Virus record (IMG/VR): IMGVR_UViG_3300045988_137643
Span: 28,377-92,376 of that record
Length of the DNA stretch: 64,000 nt
Source: a virus
Lineage: Duplodnaviria; Heunggongvirae; Uroviricota; Caudoviricetes
Direction: 5' to 3' (one strand)
The position numbers and the translations under genes were made by a program. The notes below the pieces were generated by a model. That model worked only from the letters and a program-made list of their open reading frames with translations, was not told where the DNA came from and made no database searches. Below, piece by piece: positions 38,194 to 48,219 of this stretch; position 1 is the stretch's first letter; each line of letters begins with the position of its first letter.

Positions 38194-39216
38194 ATGTCTA
38201 AGACATTACTTGATTTGCTTAACAAAACTCGTGAAGACATTGCCGCCAAACGTGGCAAAAACACTGATTTGACCCGCTTAAAAGACGGCATCAACTATAT
38301 CCGCATCTTCCCTAATAAAGACGACCCGAATGGTAAGTTCTTCCAGACTTTTGGTATGCACTACATTAAGTATCAGAACGAGGAAGGTAAAGAAGCAACC
38401 AATGCTTATATTTGTGAGCAACATACTCACGGTCGCGCTTGTCAGCTATGCGAAATGGTGATGGAAGGTCGCGCTCGTCACAAGGGTAACAAAGCAATGG
38501 AAGAGCGCATCGGTCAAATGCGTGCAACCCCTCGCTACCTGGTAAACGGCATTCTTTCAACTCGTGAGGATTTCTCCGATGCAGAGAAATGTCAGTTAAT
38601 CGAACTGCCTTCCACTGTGTTCGATGATATCTGCAAAGCAATCACCGAAGACATCGCTGACGATATCGGCAATCCATTAAGCAAAGAGGAAGGTTACGCA
38701 TTTCAAATTAAGCGCACAGGCTCTGGTCGCGATACAGAATATGACGTTTCACCAAAACGTAAAGTCTTCAAAGGTGATATCGAAGATAAATTCTGGAACA
38801 ACCAACATGACCTGATTGCTTATGTGAATCAGGCCGATGAAACTCGCCTTCTTGCGACAGTTCGCACTATGGGTCGTCTGATTGGCATCGCTGCACCAAC
38901 TGCCACTGCATCGGCACCAGCAATTTCCTCAACAGCGAAAACATCGGCCTCTGCACTGCCTGGATTTGGCTCGATCACTGGTCATACGGAAGGAGCGACG
39001 GCTGTAGCAACCGCCCACACTCCAGCTTCTGAACCAACCAGTCTGGTTGATGAAGAAGTCCTGCGAGCAATGGAATCTGAATTTAAATCAGAAACAAGTT
39101 CTGCTGCCGCATCAGCCAAAGAGTCTGAAGCAGACGCAACGACATCTGTAGCAGCCGCATCTGCGGCGGAAGATGAAGGTATTGATGACCTGCTGAAAGA
39201 ACTGGAGTCTCTGTAA
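38194..39216 (+). CDS. ssDNA-binding protein, T4 gp32-like
   Basis: IRIFPNKDD and YICEQHTHGRACQLC resemble the gp32 Zn-binding region as recalled; acidic C-terminal tail EDEGIDDLLKELESL. Confidence 0.5.
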   Translation: MSKTLLDLLNKTREDIAAKRGKNTDLTRLKDGINYIRIFPNKDDPNGKFFQTFGMHYIKYQNEEGKEATNAYICEQHTHGRACQLCEMVMEGRARHKGNKAMEERIGQMRATPRYLVNGILSTREDFSDAEKCQLIELPSTVFDDICKAITEDIADDIGNPLSKEEGYAFQIKRTGSGRDTEYDVSPKRKVFKGDIEDKFWNNQHDLIAYVNQADETRLLATVRTMGRLIGIAAPTATASAPAISSTAKTSASALPGFGSITGHTEGATAVATAHTPASEPTSLVDEEVLRAMESEFKSETSSAAASAKESEADATTSVAAASAAEDEGIDDLLKELESL

Positions 39217-39232
39217 TCCCATTACGTGACCA

Positions 39233-39261
39233 GTAAGGCGTCTACGGACGCCTTACTTTTT
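39233..39261 (+). terminator. Rho-independent terminator
   Basis: GTAAGGCGTC-tacg-GACGCCTTAC then TTTT; overlaps the track's GTG start at 39226. Confidence 0.6.
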
Positions 39262-39276
39262 GGAAGGAATGTACCG

Positions 39277-40221
39277 GTGAATTATCTCTTCGTAGATGGC
39301 AATAGCCTGGGTTATTACCACCAACAATCTGACAAATTGCACAACGGCGAAATGGAAGTACAGGCTGCTTTCGGCTTTGTTAAGAACGTCCGTCGTTATG
39401 CCTCCATCCTCCATGCCCGACCTATGATTCTTTGGGATGGATTTAGTGACAAGCGTCGCGACTTTTACCCGGACTACAAAGCAAATCGCGACGACGATCC
39501 TGATATGAAAAAGATGAAGGAAGGCTTTGCTGTCCAGAAGCCATACATCCTCAAAATGATGACCGCGCTTGGTGTTAACCAAATCATTGCAAAAGATGCA
39601 GAAGCGGATGATCTGGCCGGGCTGCTGGTATCCCGCATGGCACCGCAGCCAACCGTTGAACACATCTATCTGTTAACAGGCGATAGCGACTGGCTTCAGT
39701 TAGTTCGCGAAAACGTAAGCTGGGTAAGCCTGCGTGAAGACGCCAAAAACAAGCAGGTTAATTTTGAGCAATTTGCGGAGCTGACAGGATTCGCCACGCC
39801 TCGCGCATTTTTGGAAGCAAAAGCATTACAAGGCGATAACTCGGACAACATTAGCGGTGTTGGTGGCATTGGTGCTGGCGGCGCGAAAGAGCTGCTGCAT
39901 GAATGGGGAAGTGTCGCAACGATGGTACGCGGCATCAACGACGGCTCAATCGTGGTTAATAAAGGGCGTCATAAGACCGCCTTCAACAAACTAGCGAAGA
40001 ATGCCTTCAACGAGAAAACAGGCTGTCGAATGCTCGAAGCGTTCAAGAGAAACATCACGCTAATGAACCTGATTGAGACGAAGTTTCCGCCTACCGAAAT
40101 CGAAACAATCAAAGGCAATCGTGACGTGAAAGCATTCGAGCAACTGTGCTACGAGCTGAATTTCCGTTCGTTCCTTGAAGACCTTGAAGTGTTTGTTCTT
40201 CCATTCGAAAGGTATTGCTAA
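39277..40221 (+). CDS. 5'-3' exonuclease / flap endonuclease (FEN, RNase H-like)
   Basis: N-terminal LFVDGNSLGYY and acidic GDSDWLQL blocks; GTG 39277 with GGAAGG RBS, downstream of the terminator. Confidence 0.6.
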   Translation: MNYLFVDGNSLGYYHQQSDKLHNGEMEVQAAFGFVKNVRRYASILHARPMILWDGFSDKRRDFYPDYKANRDDDPDMKKMKEGFAVQKPYILKMMTALGVNQIIAKDAEADDLAGLLVSRMAPQPTVEHIYLLTGDSDWLQLVRENVSWVSLREDAKNKQVNFEQFAELTGFATPRAFLEAKALQGDNSDNISGVGGIGAGGAKELLHEWGSVATMVRGINDGSIVVNKGRHKTAFNKLAKNAFNEKTGCRMLEAFKRNITLMNLIETKFPPTEIETIKGNRDVKAFEQLCYELNFRSFLEDLEVFVLPFERYC

Positions 40222-40487
40222 TGCTTAAATCGATTATTAATGGCGCTACCACCACCCCTACCCAACTGGCAAAAGAGATTGTCTTTTATCACGGTGAGTA
40301 CGCTGTCATCGCACTGCCGTCAATTCTAGGCGCTGCCGGAATGAAAGCGACAGATCGCGAGTTTGGATTAGTCAGCGAGCAGGTCGTAAAAATCCTCGCT
40401 CGTGTATCCAAACACCTTAACCACGATGCGATTGTATTCGACGAATCCGCCGCTTTAAAACGAATCAACAAAACAAAAGGAGCCTGA
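40215..40487 (+). CDS. Hypothetical protein
   Basis: ORF only. Confidence 0.25.
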   Translation: MLMLKSIINGATTTPTQLAKEIVFYHGEYAVIALPSILGAAGMKATDREFGLVSEQVVKILARVSKHLNHDAIVFDESAALKRINKTKGA

Positions 40488-40489
40488 TC

Positions 40490-41563
40490 ATGGCAAAAGG
40501 AAAATCCGCACTGGCACTTGCTCTGAAAAAGAAAATCGGTAGCAACGACGAAATTCAGAAAGTAACCCATTGGATTGACACAGGCTTTCCTCCGTTAAAC
40601 AAAGCTATTTCAGGTCGTTACGATGGCGGTTTCCCATGTGGTCGTATCGTAGAAGTATTCGGGCCGCCAAGCGCGGGGAAAACCTTTTTGGCAACAGCAG
40701 CAATGATCTCCGCTCAGAAACAAGATGGTCTGGCGGTATTCCTCGATCATGAGAACAGTTTTGACGTTGGCCTGGCGGTAGCCAATGGCCTGAATGCAGA
40801 TGAGGATGACGGCCAGTGGGTATACAAGCAGCCTGATACCTTCGAAGACTCTGTAGAGTTGATCGGCACAATACTTAAATTGGTACGTGATGAAGAGCTT
40901 ATCCCTGAATCAGCACCTATCTGTATCGTGGCTGACTCACTTGCGTCTATGGTTCCGAACTCCAAAGCCGAGAAGTTCGAAAAGATGGCTGAAGGCACTG
41001 CCAAAGACAAAGATCAGCTAAACATGAACGACAATACGGCGCTTGCTCGTGCGACGAGCGCGAACTTCCCCACTCTGGCTTTGTGGGCACGCAAATATAA
41101 CGCCTGCATCATCTTCTTGAATCAGGTTCGCACAAAAATCGGTGTAATGTTTGGCGACCCTACGACGTCACCAGGCGGCGATTCACCGAAGTTTTACGCT
41201 TCTGTGCGCATCCGTCTCGGTGCATCGGTGATGAAGGATGGTAAAGAGAAGATCGGTCAGGACGTAGGCGCAGAGTGCATCAAAAACAAAGTTGCACCAC
41301 CGTATGGCAAATGCACCTGGAAATTCTACTTCGATCCTACTCGTGGCCTCGACGTTATCGAATCGCTCGTCGAGTACATGCTGGATGAAGGATACCTGCC
41401 AAAGAACGCCAGCGGGCGCGTAGAAATTGGTGACAAGAAATACACCAAATCACAGATCGTCGAGATGTATCGGGAGAAGCCACTAGCTGAAATCATTGCG
41501 GCTTTACAGGCAATCGACGACCGGAGATCAAAAGACAATCCCACCGAGTCAGTAGAAGAGTAA
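40490..41563 (+). CDS. RecA/UvsX-like recombinase
   Basis: GG.PCGRIVEVFGPPSAGKTFLA RecA-type Walker A context; 357 aa. Confidence 0.7.
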   Translation: MAKGKSALALALKKKIGSNDEIQKVTHWIDTGFPPLNKAISGRYDGGFPCGRIVEVFGPPSAGKTFLATAAMISAQKQDGLAVFLDHENSFDVGLAVANGLNADEDDGQWVYKQPDTFEDSVELIGTILKLVRDEELIPESAPICIVADSLASMVPNSKAEKFEKMAEGTAKDKDQLNMNDNTALARATSANFPTLALWARKYNACIIFLNQVRTKIGVMFGDPTTSPGGDSPKFYASVRIRLGASVMKDGKEKIGQDVGAECIKNKVAPPYGKCTWKFYFDPTRGLDVIESLVEYMLDEGYLPKNASGRVEIGDKKYTKSQIVEMYREKPLAEIIAALQAIDDRRSKDNPTESVEE

Positions 41564-41568
41564 ACACA

Positions 41569-41593
41569 AGGCGTCCACAGGACGCCTTTTTTA
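41569..41593 (+). terminator. Rho-independent terminator
   Basis: AGGCGTCC-aca-GGACGCCT then TTTTTT. Confidence 0.6.
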
Positions 41594-41655
41594 TCTCTTG
41601 AAAATATATAAGTACTTACTTATCATTTTCGCATAACAACCACATAGGAAAACAC

Positions 41656-41856
41656 ATGATCAAAATCTATCTATTGGCAGTAGCCACAGGCCTTTCAGTG
41701 GCTCTCATCTACGGATTACTGGTTCCGTCGCTGATTTCTGCAAAGAGTGATTTGGCCGTCATGCTTGGAGTTCTCGTTGGTTTTGGTACTCCTGTAATCG
41801 GTCTTATTGCTGGTCGTAAGTTTATTAACTCATTAATCAAAGCAAAGGGGAAATAA
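41656..41856 (+). CDS. Small two-TM membrane protein
   Basis: 66 aa, two hydrophobic helices; directly upstream of SPFH lipoprotein. Confidence 0.3.
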   Translation: MIKIYLLAVATGLSVALIYGLLVPSLISAKSDLAVMLGVLVGFGTPVIGLIAGRKFINSLIKAKGK

Positions 41857-41859
41857 GTA

Positions 41860-42690
41860 ATGAAGAAAGGTTTACTTGCAGTTGCTCTGGCGGCTATTTG
41901 CACAATGGGTCTTACTGGCTGTGATCGCGTAGAGCCTGGATACGTTGGCATCAAAGTAAACAAATTAGGTGAAGACAAAGGGATTGGTGAAGTGGTTGGC
42001 GTTGGTCGCCAATGGACAGGTCTTAACACCGAACTTTACGTATTCCCGACCTTCAAACAAATGAAGACCTACGACGAGCCGTTCACATTCCAGATGAGTG
42101 ACGGTACTGCTATTGGTCACAAAATTGGCGTTGCGTATCTGGTTAATCGTGACAAGGTAACGACGGTGTTCCAGACCTATCGCAAAGGCGTAGACGATAT
42201 CACCGAATCAGATCTGCGTCAGAAAATTGCCGACTCTCTAAACCGTTTGGCCAGCCGTATGACCACTGACTCATTTATCGACGGTGGTAAGGCACAATTG
42301 CTGGACAACGCACTGAAAGATATTCAGAAAGAGATGTCTCCGGTTGGTATTGAGGTACTGAGCCTGTCATGGGTTGGAAAGCCTGATTACCCAAAAACCG
42401 TCATTGAATCTATCAACGCCAAAGTAACGGCTAACCAGCGTACTCTGCAACGTCAGCAGGAAGTTGAACAACGTAAAGCTGAGGCGAATATGCTACGTGA
42501 ACAGGCTAATGGTGAAGCTGATGCTATCCGTGCTCGTGCGCAAGCAGAAGCAGACGCCATTCGTCTGCGCGGTGAAGCTCTGCGTCAAAACCCGAACGTT
42601 ATGGAGCTGGAAGCCATCAATAAATGGAATGGCCAGTTACCGCAGTACATGACTCAAGGGGCTAACACTCCTTTCATTACAGTGAAATAA
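41860..42690 (+). CDS. SPFH/band-7 domain lipoprotein
   Basis: Signal peptide with lipobox LTGC; HflK/C-like coiled-coil C-terminus. Confidence 0.55.
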   Translation: MKKGLLAVALAAICTMGLTGCDRVEPGYVGIKVNKLGEDKGIGEVVGVGRQWTGLNTELYVFPTFKQMKTYDEPFTFQMSDGTAIGHKIGVAYLVNRDKVTTVFQTYRKGVDDITESDLRQKIADSLNRLASRMTTDSFIDGGKAQLLDNALKDIQKEMSPVGIEVLSLSWVGKPDYPKTVIESINAKVTANQRTLQRQQEVEQRKAEANMLREQANGEADAIRARAQAEADAIRLRGEALRQNPNVMELEAINKWNGQLPQYMTQGANTPFITVK

Positions 42691-42708
42691 CTCTCTTTGA
42701 GAAGATCA

Positions 42709-42734
42709 GGCGTCCAGTTGGACGCCGTTTTATT
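42709..42734 (+). terminator. Rho-independent terminator
   Basis: GGCGTCCA-gt-TGGACGCC then GTTTTATT. Confidence 0.55.
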
Positions 42735-42785
42735 CTCGTTATTATCACACACAAGAAAACAATTTGTTAAAAGGTTAAGTTAATT

Positions 42786-43610
42786 ATGCCCAACCACATT
42801 ACAAACGAAATCCGAGTCATAGGTGGTACAAATAAACAACGCTTAGATTTCATACGTGCCATAACTAACAAAAAAGGTCTAATTGACTTTAATACCATTT
42901 GCAGACGTCCGAAAAGTATAGAAATGGAAGAAAACAATCATATCAGGCGCATGGCCTCTGCAATGGCGGGCGAAACAGTTTACGACTACATGTTCGGTGA
43001 ATTAAAGACTCCAGAGCAGGTCGAATTAGCTATGCGTGAATCAGGAATGACACGCAAGGAAATTCGCAAAATCAAAGAGCAGGCTCTTATGCGGCTTGAG
43101 AATTATCGTCGCTATGGCTATTACTCGTGGTTTGACTGGTCGCGAGCTAATTGGGGAACAAAATGGAATGCCTACAACATCGAAATGCCCGTAAAACGTA
43201 TCCCTACACGTATTAAGTACGGCCATAATTTCCGCCATACACACGTTCGAGCATATGCAAAACGAATCTATAAAAAACGTCTTGCAAGACATGCCGCAAC
43301 TGGTGGTGAGTTGGTGATTCGCTTTGAAACAGCCTGGTCTATGCCAAAACCAATTTATCAAGCGATGGCTAGAAAGTTCCCGCACCTTGAGTTTGTAATA
43401 CGTTATGCAGACGAAGACTTCGGCAATAACTGCGGATTCATTTTACTTCGCAACGGCAAATGGGAATATGACTACATTGCACCGGCGAATAACGAACAAT
43501 CGTCAGAAGAAAAAATCAAATGGCGCAAGTTCGCCTTTGAGTTATGTTGTCCGGGTATTACTCCACAAGAATACGGTCTAAATGAAGAATACGAATACGC
43601 CGGATATTAA
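42786..43610 (+). CDS. Hypothetical protein
   Basis: ORF; Trp-rich segment YSWFDWSRANWGTKWNA. Confidence 0.3.
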   Translation: MPNHITNEIRVIGGTNKQRLDFIRAITNKKGLIDFNTICRRPKSIEMEENNHIRRMASAMAGETVYDYMFGELKTPEQVELAMRESGMTRKEIRKIKEQALMRLENYRRYGYYSWFDWSRANWGTKWNAYNIEMPVKRIPTRIKYGHNFRHTHVRAYAKRIYKKRLARHAATGGELVIRFETAWSMPKPIYQAMARKFPHLEFVIRYADEDFGNNCGFILLRNGKWEYDYIAPANNEQSSEEKIKWRKFAFELCCPGITPQEYGLNEEYEYAGY

Positions 43611-43643
43611 AGAATTGTCATTTGGCTTTACGCACGAAGCATA

Positions 43644-44396
43644 GTGGTTAAGAAGATGAAAAGAAAAATTGAAGAACCAAAAACGACACTTAATAAACAT
43701 GGGGAAAAAATTCAAACACACCCAGCGTTCGGTCTTGTGAAAACAAGCCGTGTTAACACGACTGGCATTCGCCTATTTGATTCAGAACTGGAACATAGAG
43801 ACTATATTGAAATAGGCGTTTACGAGGCTGAACTGTCCTTAGACAATGAACGAACCCGGCCACAAAGGAGTAGCAATAGACGGCCTTTAGTTGAAATTAG
43901 ACTTAGCCAGGCACAATGGGCTGCTATGGTTAGCAGTTTTGGCGTGGGCGAAGGTGTGCCATGTACTATTTCATATAAAACCATTGGCGACTCAATTAGA
44001 GTTCATGATATTGCCGAGCAAAAAAGTATTCGGCAAAAATTCAACGATCAAATAAAGGCAGCTACGAATAGTGAGATTGATCGACTTAATCAGCAAGTTT
44101 CAGAGCTAGGTGAGCTTGTGAAAAAAGGAAGAGCTGGAAAACGTGACCTTGAAGAACTATATAGAAAACTTGCATCTGCTGTAGCTAACCTTCCTGAAAA
44201 TCTGTGCTTTGCTACCGAATTAATGCAGGAGCAAATGGATGAAATTGTCTCATCTGGAAAGGCGGAGATTGAGGCGTATGTTGCAGGCACTGTTATGCGT
44301 AAAGGGTTAGCAGCATTAGGCACAGAATCATGCATTAACGATGATCCTACTGTCTCTATCACCAAAATGGAAAGCGGTAAAGAATTACTGCCATAA
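43644..44396 (+). CDS. Hypothetical protein
   Basis: ORF only. Confidence 0.3.
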   Translation: MVKKMKRKIEEPKTTLNKHGEKIQTHPAFGLVKTSRVNTTGIRLFDSELEHRDYIEIGVYEAELSLDNERTRPQRSSNRRPLVEIRLSQAQWAAMVSSFGVGEGVPCTISYKTIGDSIRVHDIAEQKSIRQKFNDQIKAATNSEIDRLNQQVSELGELVKKGRAGKRDLEELYRKLASAVANLPENLCFATELMQEQMDEIVSSGKAEIEAYVAGTVMRKGLAALGTESCINDDPTVSITKMESGKELLP

Positions 44397-44416
44397 ATGT
44401 ATCTGAGGTACTGACA

Positions 44417-44806
44417 ATGCTTTTAATTCAACCTGGGTTCGGTTTAAAGATAAAAAAAGGACATATGTTCGGTTTCAAAGAATCGAAACGAAAAATTCTG
44501 TCCATTAGATTGCCGTTTATCACCATTCATTGGTTAAACAGAGAGTCAACCGATTATTGGTATAAATGTGCTCTGGCCGCATTTAACGACCCTGACTGGT
44601 TTATAGAAAACCACCATGCTGTTCGTCAGGCAAAGAGAAAAGCTAATACGACATACATGAAGGCGTATCGGAAGGCATGGAAAGAACACCGCGATCGATA
44701 CCAAAAAGACATGGAGAAACTTGAATTGGAAAATATGGATCTAAGAAGGAAGCTCGGTGAAGCACGGCGAGATATTGAAGCATATAAACGTCTTGTATCG
44801 GAGTGA
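44417..44806 (+). CDS. Hypothetical protein
   Basis: ORF only; basic coiled-coil C-terminus. Confidence 0.25.
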   Translation: MLLIQPGFGLKIKKGHMFGFKESKRKILSIRLPFITIHWLNRESTDYWYKCALAAFNDPDWFIENHHAVRQAKRKANTTYMKAYRKAWKEHRDRYQKDMEKLELENMDLRRKLGEARRDIEAYKRLVSE

Positions 44807-44869
44807 ATATATCTTTGCTTTATTTTTTTCAAAGGTGATTATTTTCCTATTTATAAGGAGAAGTAAAAC

Positions 44870-45295
44870 ATGGCAGCAATTAAGAAACTCTACGATGCCG
44901 CAAACGCGGCTCTGGATGTTATTGATGATGAAGTATCAAAAGGCTTTCCTGAACCTGATTGGGCGCATCAGCTACGAAACGCTATCGCCGAAATGAATCC
45001 ACCAAATCCGACAACCGACGAGACAGACTGGCAGCGATTTATCCGTATGTACGCTCAGGAAATAGGTCCAACGCCAACGGCAGAGCAAGCAATGCTGCTG
45101 AAATACTTCAAAGAGGCGGGAGAGGATTTACCAATTGATGACTCAGCATATTGGTTCCACTGCGCATGGCGTAAGTATGACGTGATATTCACGCAAGGTA
45201 TGGGAAGCAAAGATATGGTTGTGTGGCATCTACTCCATATAGACACAGCCGTTGACAGAGTTATTGAACAGTTTTTCCCTAAACAAGAAGATTGA
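44870..45295 (+). CDS. Hypothetical protein
   Basis: ORF with GGAGAAG RBS. Confidence 0.3.
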   Translation: MAAIKKLYDAANAALDVIDDEVSKGFPEPDWAHQLRNAIAEMNPPNPTTDETDWQRFIRMYAQEIGPTPTAEQAMLLKYFKEAGEDLPIDDSAYWFHCAWRKYDVIFTQGMGSKDMVVWHLLHIDTAVDRVIEQFFPKQED

Positions 45296-45350
45296 TCGCC
45301 TATTCGTAACTAACAAAATAAGTAAACACTAACCACAAAAGGAAAAACAC

Positions 45351-45626
45351 ATGAGAGTTTTAGTTCGAATCGTTACCAGCACTGTCTATGACGTGTTTCC
45401 GCTTTTTATGGTCAAAGCCGATGGCCTTAACGACGAAGAAACTGACGCGCTGATCCAGCGTATTCTCGTTGAATATACAGGTCATGACGCTGATTCAGTG
45501 ATGGTTGATGATGATGGTGTTTGTTGGCATAACGGCAACTGTTGGTACGTAGAAGAGACTCAACAAATCAGTGATGAAGATGCCGCACATCTTGAGCGTA
45601 TTTTAAGCATCAGCACTTTTGAGTGA
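45351..45626 (+). CDS. Hypothetical protein
   Basis: ORF with conserved AAAGGAAAAACACATG start context. Confidence 0.35.
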   Translation: MRVLVRIVTSTVYDVFPLFMVKADGLNDEETDALIQRILVEYTGHDADSVMVDDDGVCWHNGNCWYVEETQQISDEDAAHLERILSISTFE

Positions 45627-45841
45627 GTTTACAGTAAAATTTATATAAGTTAGTATCTACCTATCATGAAGATTTTTATTGAATACTTGTTACTCATCGT
45701 GTCAGTAGCTTTTGTCATCGACTGCATTTTCACTGGTGTCATTCGTAAAGTCTTTTCCCCGGTGAACGACGTAGTAATAAACGCTTTGGCTATCGTGCTC
45801 GTATTTAATTCAGCATTTGATGTAATCAAAGAGGTGGCAGC

Positions 45842-46177
45842 ATGAAGGCCATCCCATTCGCGCTGTTGTTCCTTTCTTCGATCGTTGTGGCCGACACCAC
45901 TGTTTATCAGTGTGAAATGTCTGTAGCCGACGTTAAGAATGGCGCTCTTACCGACGTCATAAAAGCACCATATGGAGCGATGGTCGTAGACAGCGGCGAC
46001 CAGTTCTATGTTGTGCGTGACGATCGAGTGTTGTCATCCCCATATCTCACAAACCGTAATGGCAAATTAACCGGCGTCGGAGAAGACCACTTCGTATACA
46101 ACAAATACAAGGGCTTCTATGGCGTTCACGCTTCTCAGCAAAGCTACCTTTTCGATGACTGCAAGGAGGTTGGATAA
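45842..46177 (+). CDS. Secreted hypothetical protein
   Basis: N-terminal signal peptide MKAIPFALLFLSSIVVA. Confidence 0.3.
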   Translation: MKAIPFALLFLSSIVVADTTVYQCEMSVADVKNGALTDVIKAPYGAMVVDSGDQFYVVRDDRVLSSPYLTNRNGKLTGVGEDHFVYNKYKGFYGVHASQQSYLFDDCKEVG

Positions 46178-46389
46178 TGGCATTAACACTGGCAGGTCTG
46201 GAAATCGAGAAAACAAGCGGCTACTGGCGTGCTAAGGGTTTCAAGCAGCCTGGCATTCTTGAGCGTCTGGAACGTGAAGATGGGTATATCGTCCACCAGC
46301 GGCGTGAATGGCGTATGTACGATCCAGAAACAGGAAAACTGACTACAAAAGCCGGAACACTTTGGGGTCTGTTAAAGAAAATACACTAA
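46177..46389 (+). CDS. Hypothetical small protein
   Basis: ATGA-coupled to upstream ORF. Confidence 0.25.
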   Translation: MALTLAGLEIEKTSGYWRAKGFKQPGILERLEREDGYIVHQRREWRMYDPETGKLTTKAGTLWGLLKKIH

Positions 46390-46397
46390 ATACAAAC

Positions 46398-46428
46398 TGA
46401 CTGCGGCACGTTCCGCAGTCATATTTCA
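46398..46428 (+). terminator. Hairpin terminator candidate
   Basis: TGACTGCGG-cacgtt-CCGCAGTCA then tatttc. Confidence 0.4.
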
Positions 46429-46436
46429 TAGTCGTC

Positions 46437-46971
46437 ACCGCTGACAGCATACACAATCAACTACCGCTGATAGCATATCGAGAGTCTATCTCACCGCTCA
46501 CAGCATACTTTACTCGATTTTTTTACCGCTGACAGCATACTTAAGACATTGCATGAATAATGTGTACCGGTATGGGTATAACCAGAACAAAATTACCGCT
46601 GGCAGCATACGAAGGTCTGACATATACCATTAATTACCGCTGATAGCATATCCAAACAAAAATTCCTCAATAAAACACCGCTGACAGCATACGTTCTATC
46701 AGGGAGCAGCAGGCAATAAATGCCTTTCACTACAAGCAATCAGCGCAATAGCAATAGAATGTTAGTGAGCGCAAACCTATATGGAATGCACTCTTCGAGG
46801 TTAGTAACCACTGGGGAGGTATGACAGAGCATTGAGTGGTGATAGATGATTTACCGCTCACAGCATACGTTCATCTCACTATACCGCTGGTAGCATATCT
46901 TTAACCGTTCACAGCATACTTTTCAGAAAAATAGCCGCTGATAGCATACATTTCACCGCTGACAACATATC
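46437..46971. repeat. Iteron array, about 12 direct repeats of ACCGCTGACAGCATAC (incA-like, 3' of repA)
   Basis: Twelve 16-bp copies with 1-3 substitutions each, irregular spacing, same orientation. Confidence 0.85.
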
Positions 46972-48064
46972 AAAGCAGTTTGAGACTATTGGAAAGGATC
47001 TCAATCATCTTGATATTTTCAGGCGTCAAATTCTGCGAAAGTTCGGTTATCTTGTTGATAATGTTCTGTTTGGCATCAATTTCCCCAGCTTTCTCATCTG
47101 GTTTTTTGGGTTCGATGTCTTCAGGTTTTGGCGGTGCGACTTTAAGTTTTGGATTGCGGCTGTGAATCTGGATATAGATCGACCGCCCTCGCTTAATCTC
47201 GCTGTATTCGAGATAGCCCAAATCTTGGAGAGCTTTTAAGCCGTTACGTATAGTCTGATTCTGCGAGCTGACATTCCTGCTGCTCAAATTTAGTCGCGCA
47301 CGCAATCGAGCAAGCGATACCGGCGCAGGCTTGGTTGGAAGACTTTCGATGAAGGTGTACAGAGCCTGTGCTGTTTCTTTGCGTGGTAGCTTATTGATGA
47401 CCTTTAACTGCAAAAGAACCTTATGATCAAAGCGATATAGTTCGGCCAGCTTCGGTTCTGCATAGAACACCACCGTATCTTTCTGCTCGTTGTAGTCCAC
47501 ACTATTGATTAGGTGCACCATCAGAAGCGAGATCTTGTTAGAGCCGTCGACGTTCTTTTCTTCATACGTTCTCTGGAAAGACAGAGTTGTACGCATGATC
47601 TTCAAAAGACTGTTTGTAAGCCGGTCGCGGAGTGTTTTGCGGATCTGTGACGATGGATAGCCACAAAACTTCGCAAATTTCGTGATGCTTAACTCGACAC
47701 GACCGTTAGGTTCGCCGTATTCTGCCAGCGAACGCACAACGCCCACCCACGTTTTGAAATCATGATCCATGTCGAGACGAGGACCGGTTATCTTGATATC
47801 GGAATAGCCTTCAGAACGGGCTACTTCGAGCTGAACAAGCTCCTTTGAAGCATCGATCTCATTTGGCTTGTTACGCTTGCTGTATTTTGTCCCCTTGAGC
47901 GTGGGCACGAACAACCCCAGCCGCATCAACGCAATTGGTTGGACTGTATTGTTGCTATTAGGGACAAGTTCCCCTGTGTACAATTCAAGGGAACCTTCTT
48001 CAAAGTTGTCGAGATTATCTTCTACTTCTTTGTTATTTTTACCTTTTTTATTTTTTGTGGACAT
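46970..48064 (-). CDS. repA: RepA-type iteron-binding replication initiator
   Basis: Minus-strand ORF flanked on both sides by iterons; start set at internal Met (MSTKNKKGK) because the track start at 48184 overlaps the upstream iterons. Confidence 0.65.
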   Translation of the reverse strand: MSTKNKKGKNNKEVEDNLDNFEEGSLELYTGELVPNSNNTVQPIALMRLGLFVPTLKGTKYSKRNKPNEIDASKELVQLEVARSEGYSDIKITGPRLDMDHDFKTWVGVVRSLAEYGEPNGRVELSITKFAKFCGYPSSQIRKTLRDRLTNSLLKIMRTTLSFQRTYEEKNVDGSNKISLLMVHLINSVDYNEQKDTVVFYAEPKLAELYRFDHKVLLQLKVINKLPRKETAQALYTFIESLPTKPAPVSLARLRARLNLSSRNVSSQNQTIRNGLKALQDLGYLEYSEIKRGRSIYIQIHSRNPKLKVAPPKPEDIEPKKPDEKAGEIDAKQNIINKITELSQNLTPENIKMIEILSNSLKLL

Positions 48065-48085
48065 GTGGACACCTTTGTCATTCAA

Positions 48086-48186
48086 CCGCTGACAGCATAC
48101 TTGATTTGCCGCTGGCAGCATACCAAAAACAGTTGGCAGCATACGGCGAACCGTTGACAGACTATCAATTACCGCTGGCAGCATAC
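48086..48186. repeat. Five iterons upstream of repA (incC-like)
   Basis: Copies of (A/G)CCGCTG(A/G)CAGCATAC in the repA promoter region. Confidence 0.8.
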
Positions 48187-48219
48187 ATGAACATGGCTTC
48201 AGACCAGTCGTGGCGCGGC

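Noticed and set aside
39226-39276. Track start (GTG) of the exonuclease ORF at 39226
   Set aside because: It lies inside a strong rho-independent terminator (39233-39261); an in-frame GTG at 39277 with a GGAAGG RBS follows the terminator
48065-48184. N-terminal 40 aa of the repA track ORF
   Set aside because: This part is encoded by the upstream iteron array itself; the internal Met at 48064 is the more plausible start
46437-48186. Regularly recurring 16-bp direct repeats that could be mistaken for a CRISPR array
   Set aside because: Spacing between copies is irregular (4-150 bp), the repeats flank a rep gene on both sides and no cas genes are present; they are plasmid iterons
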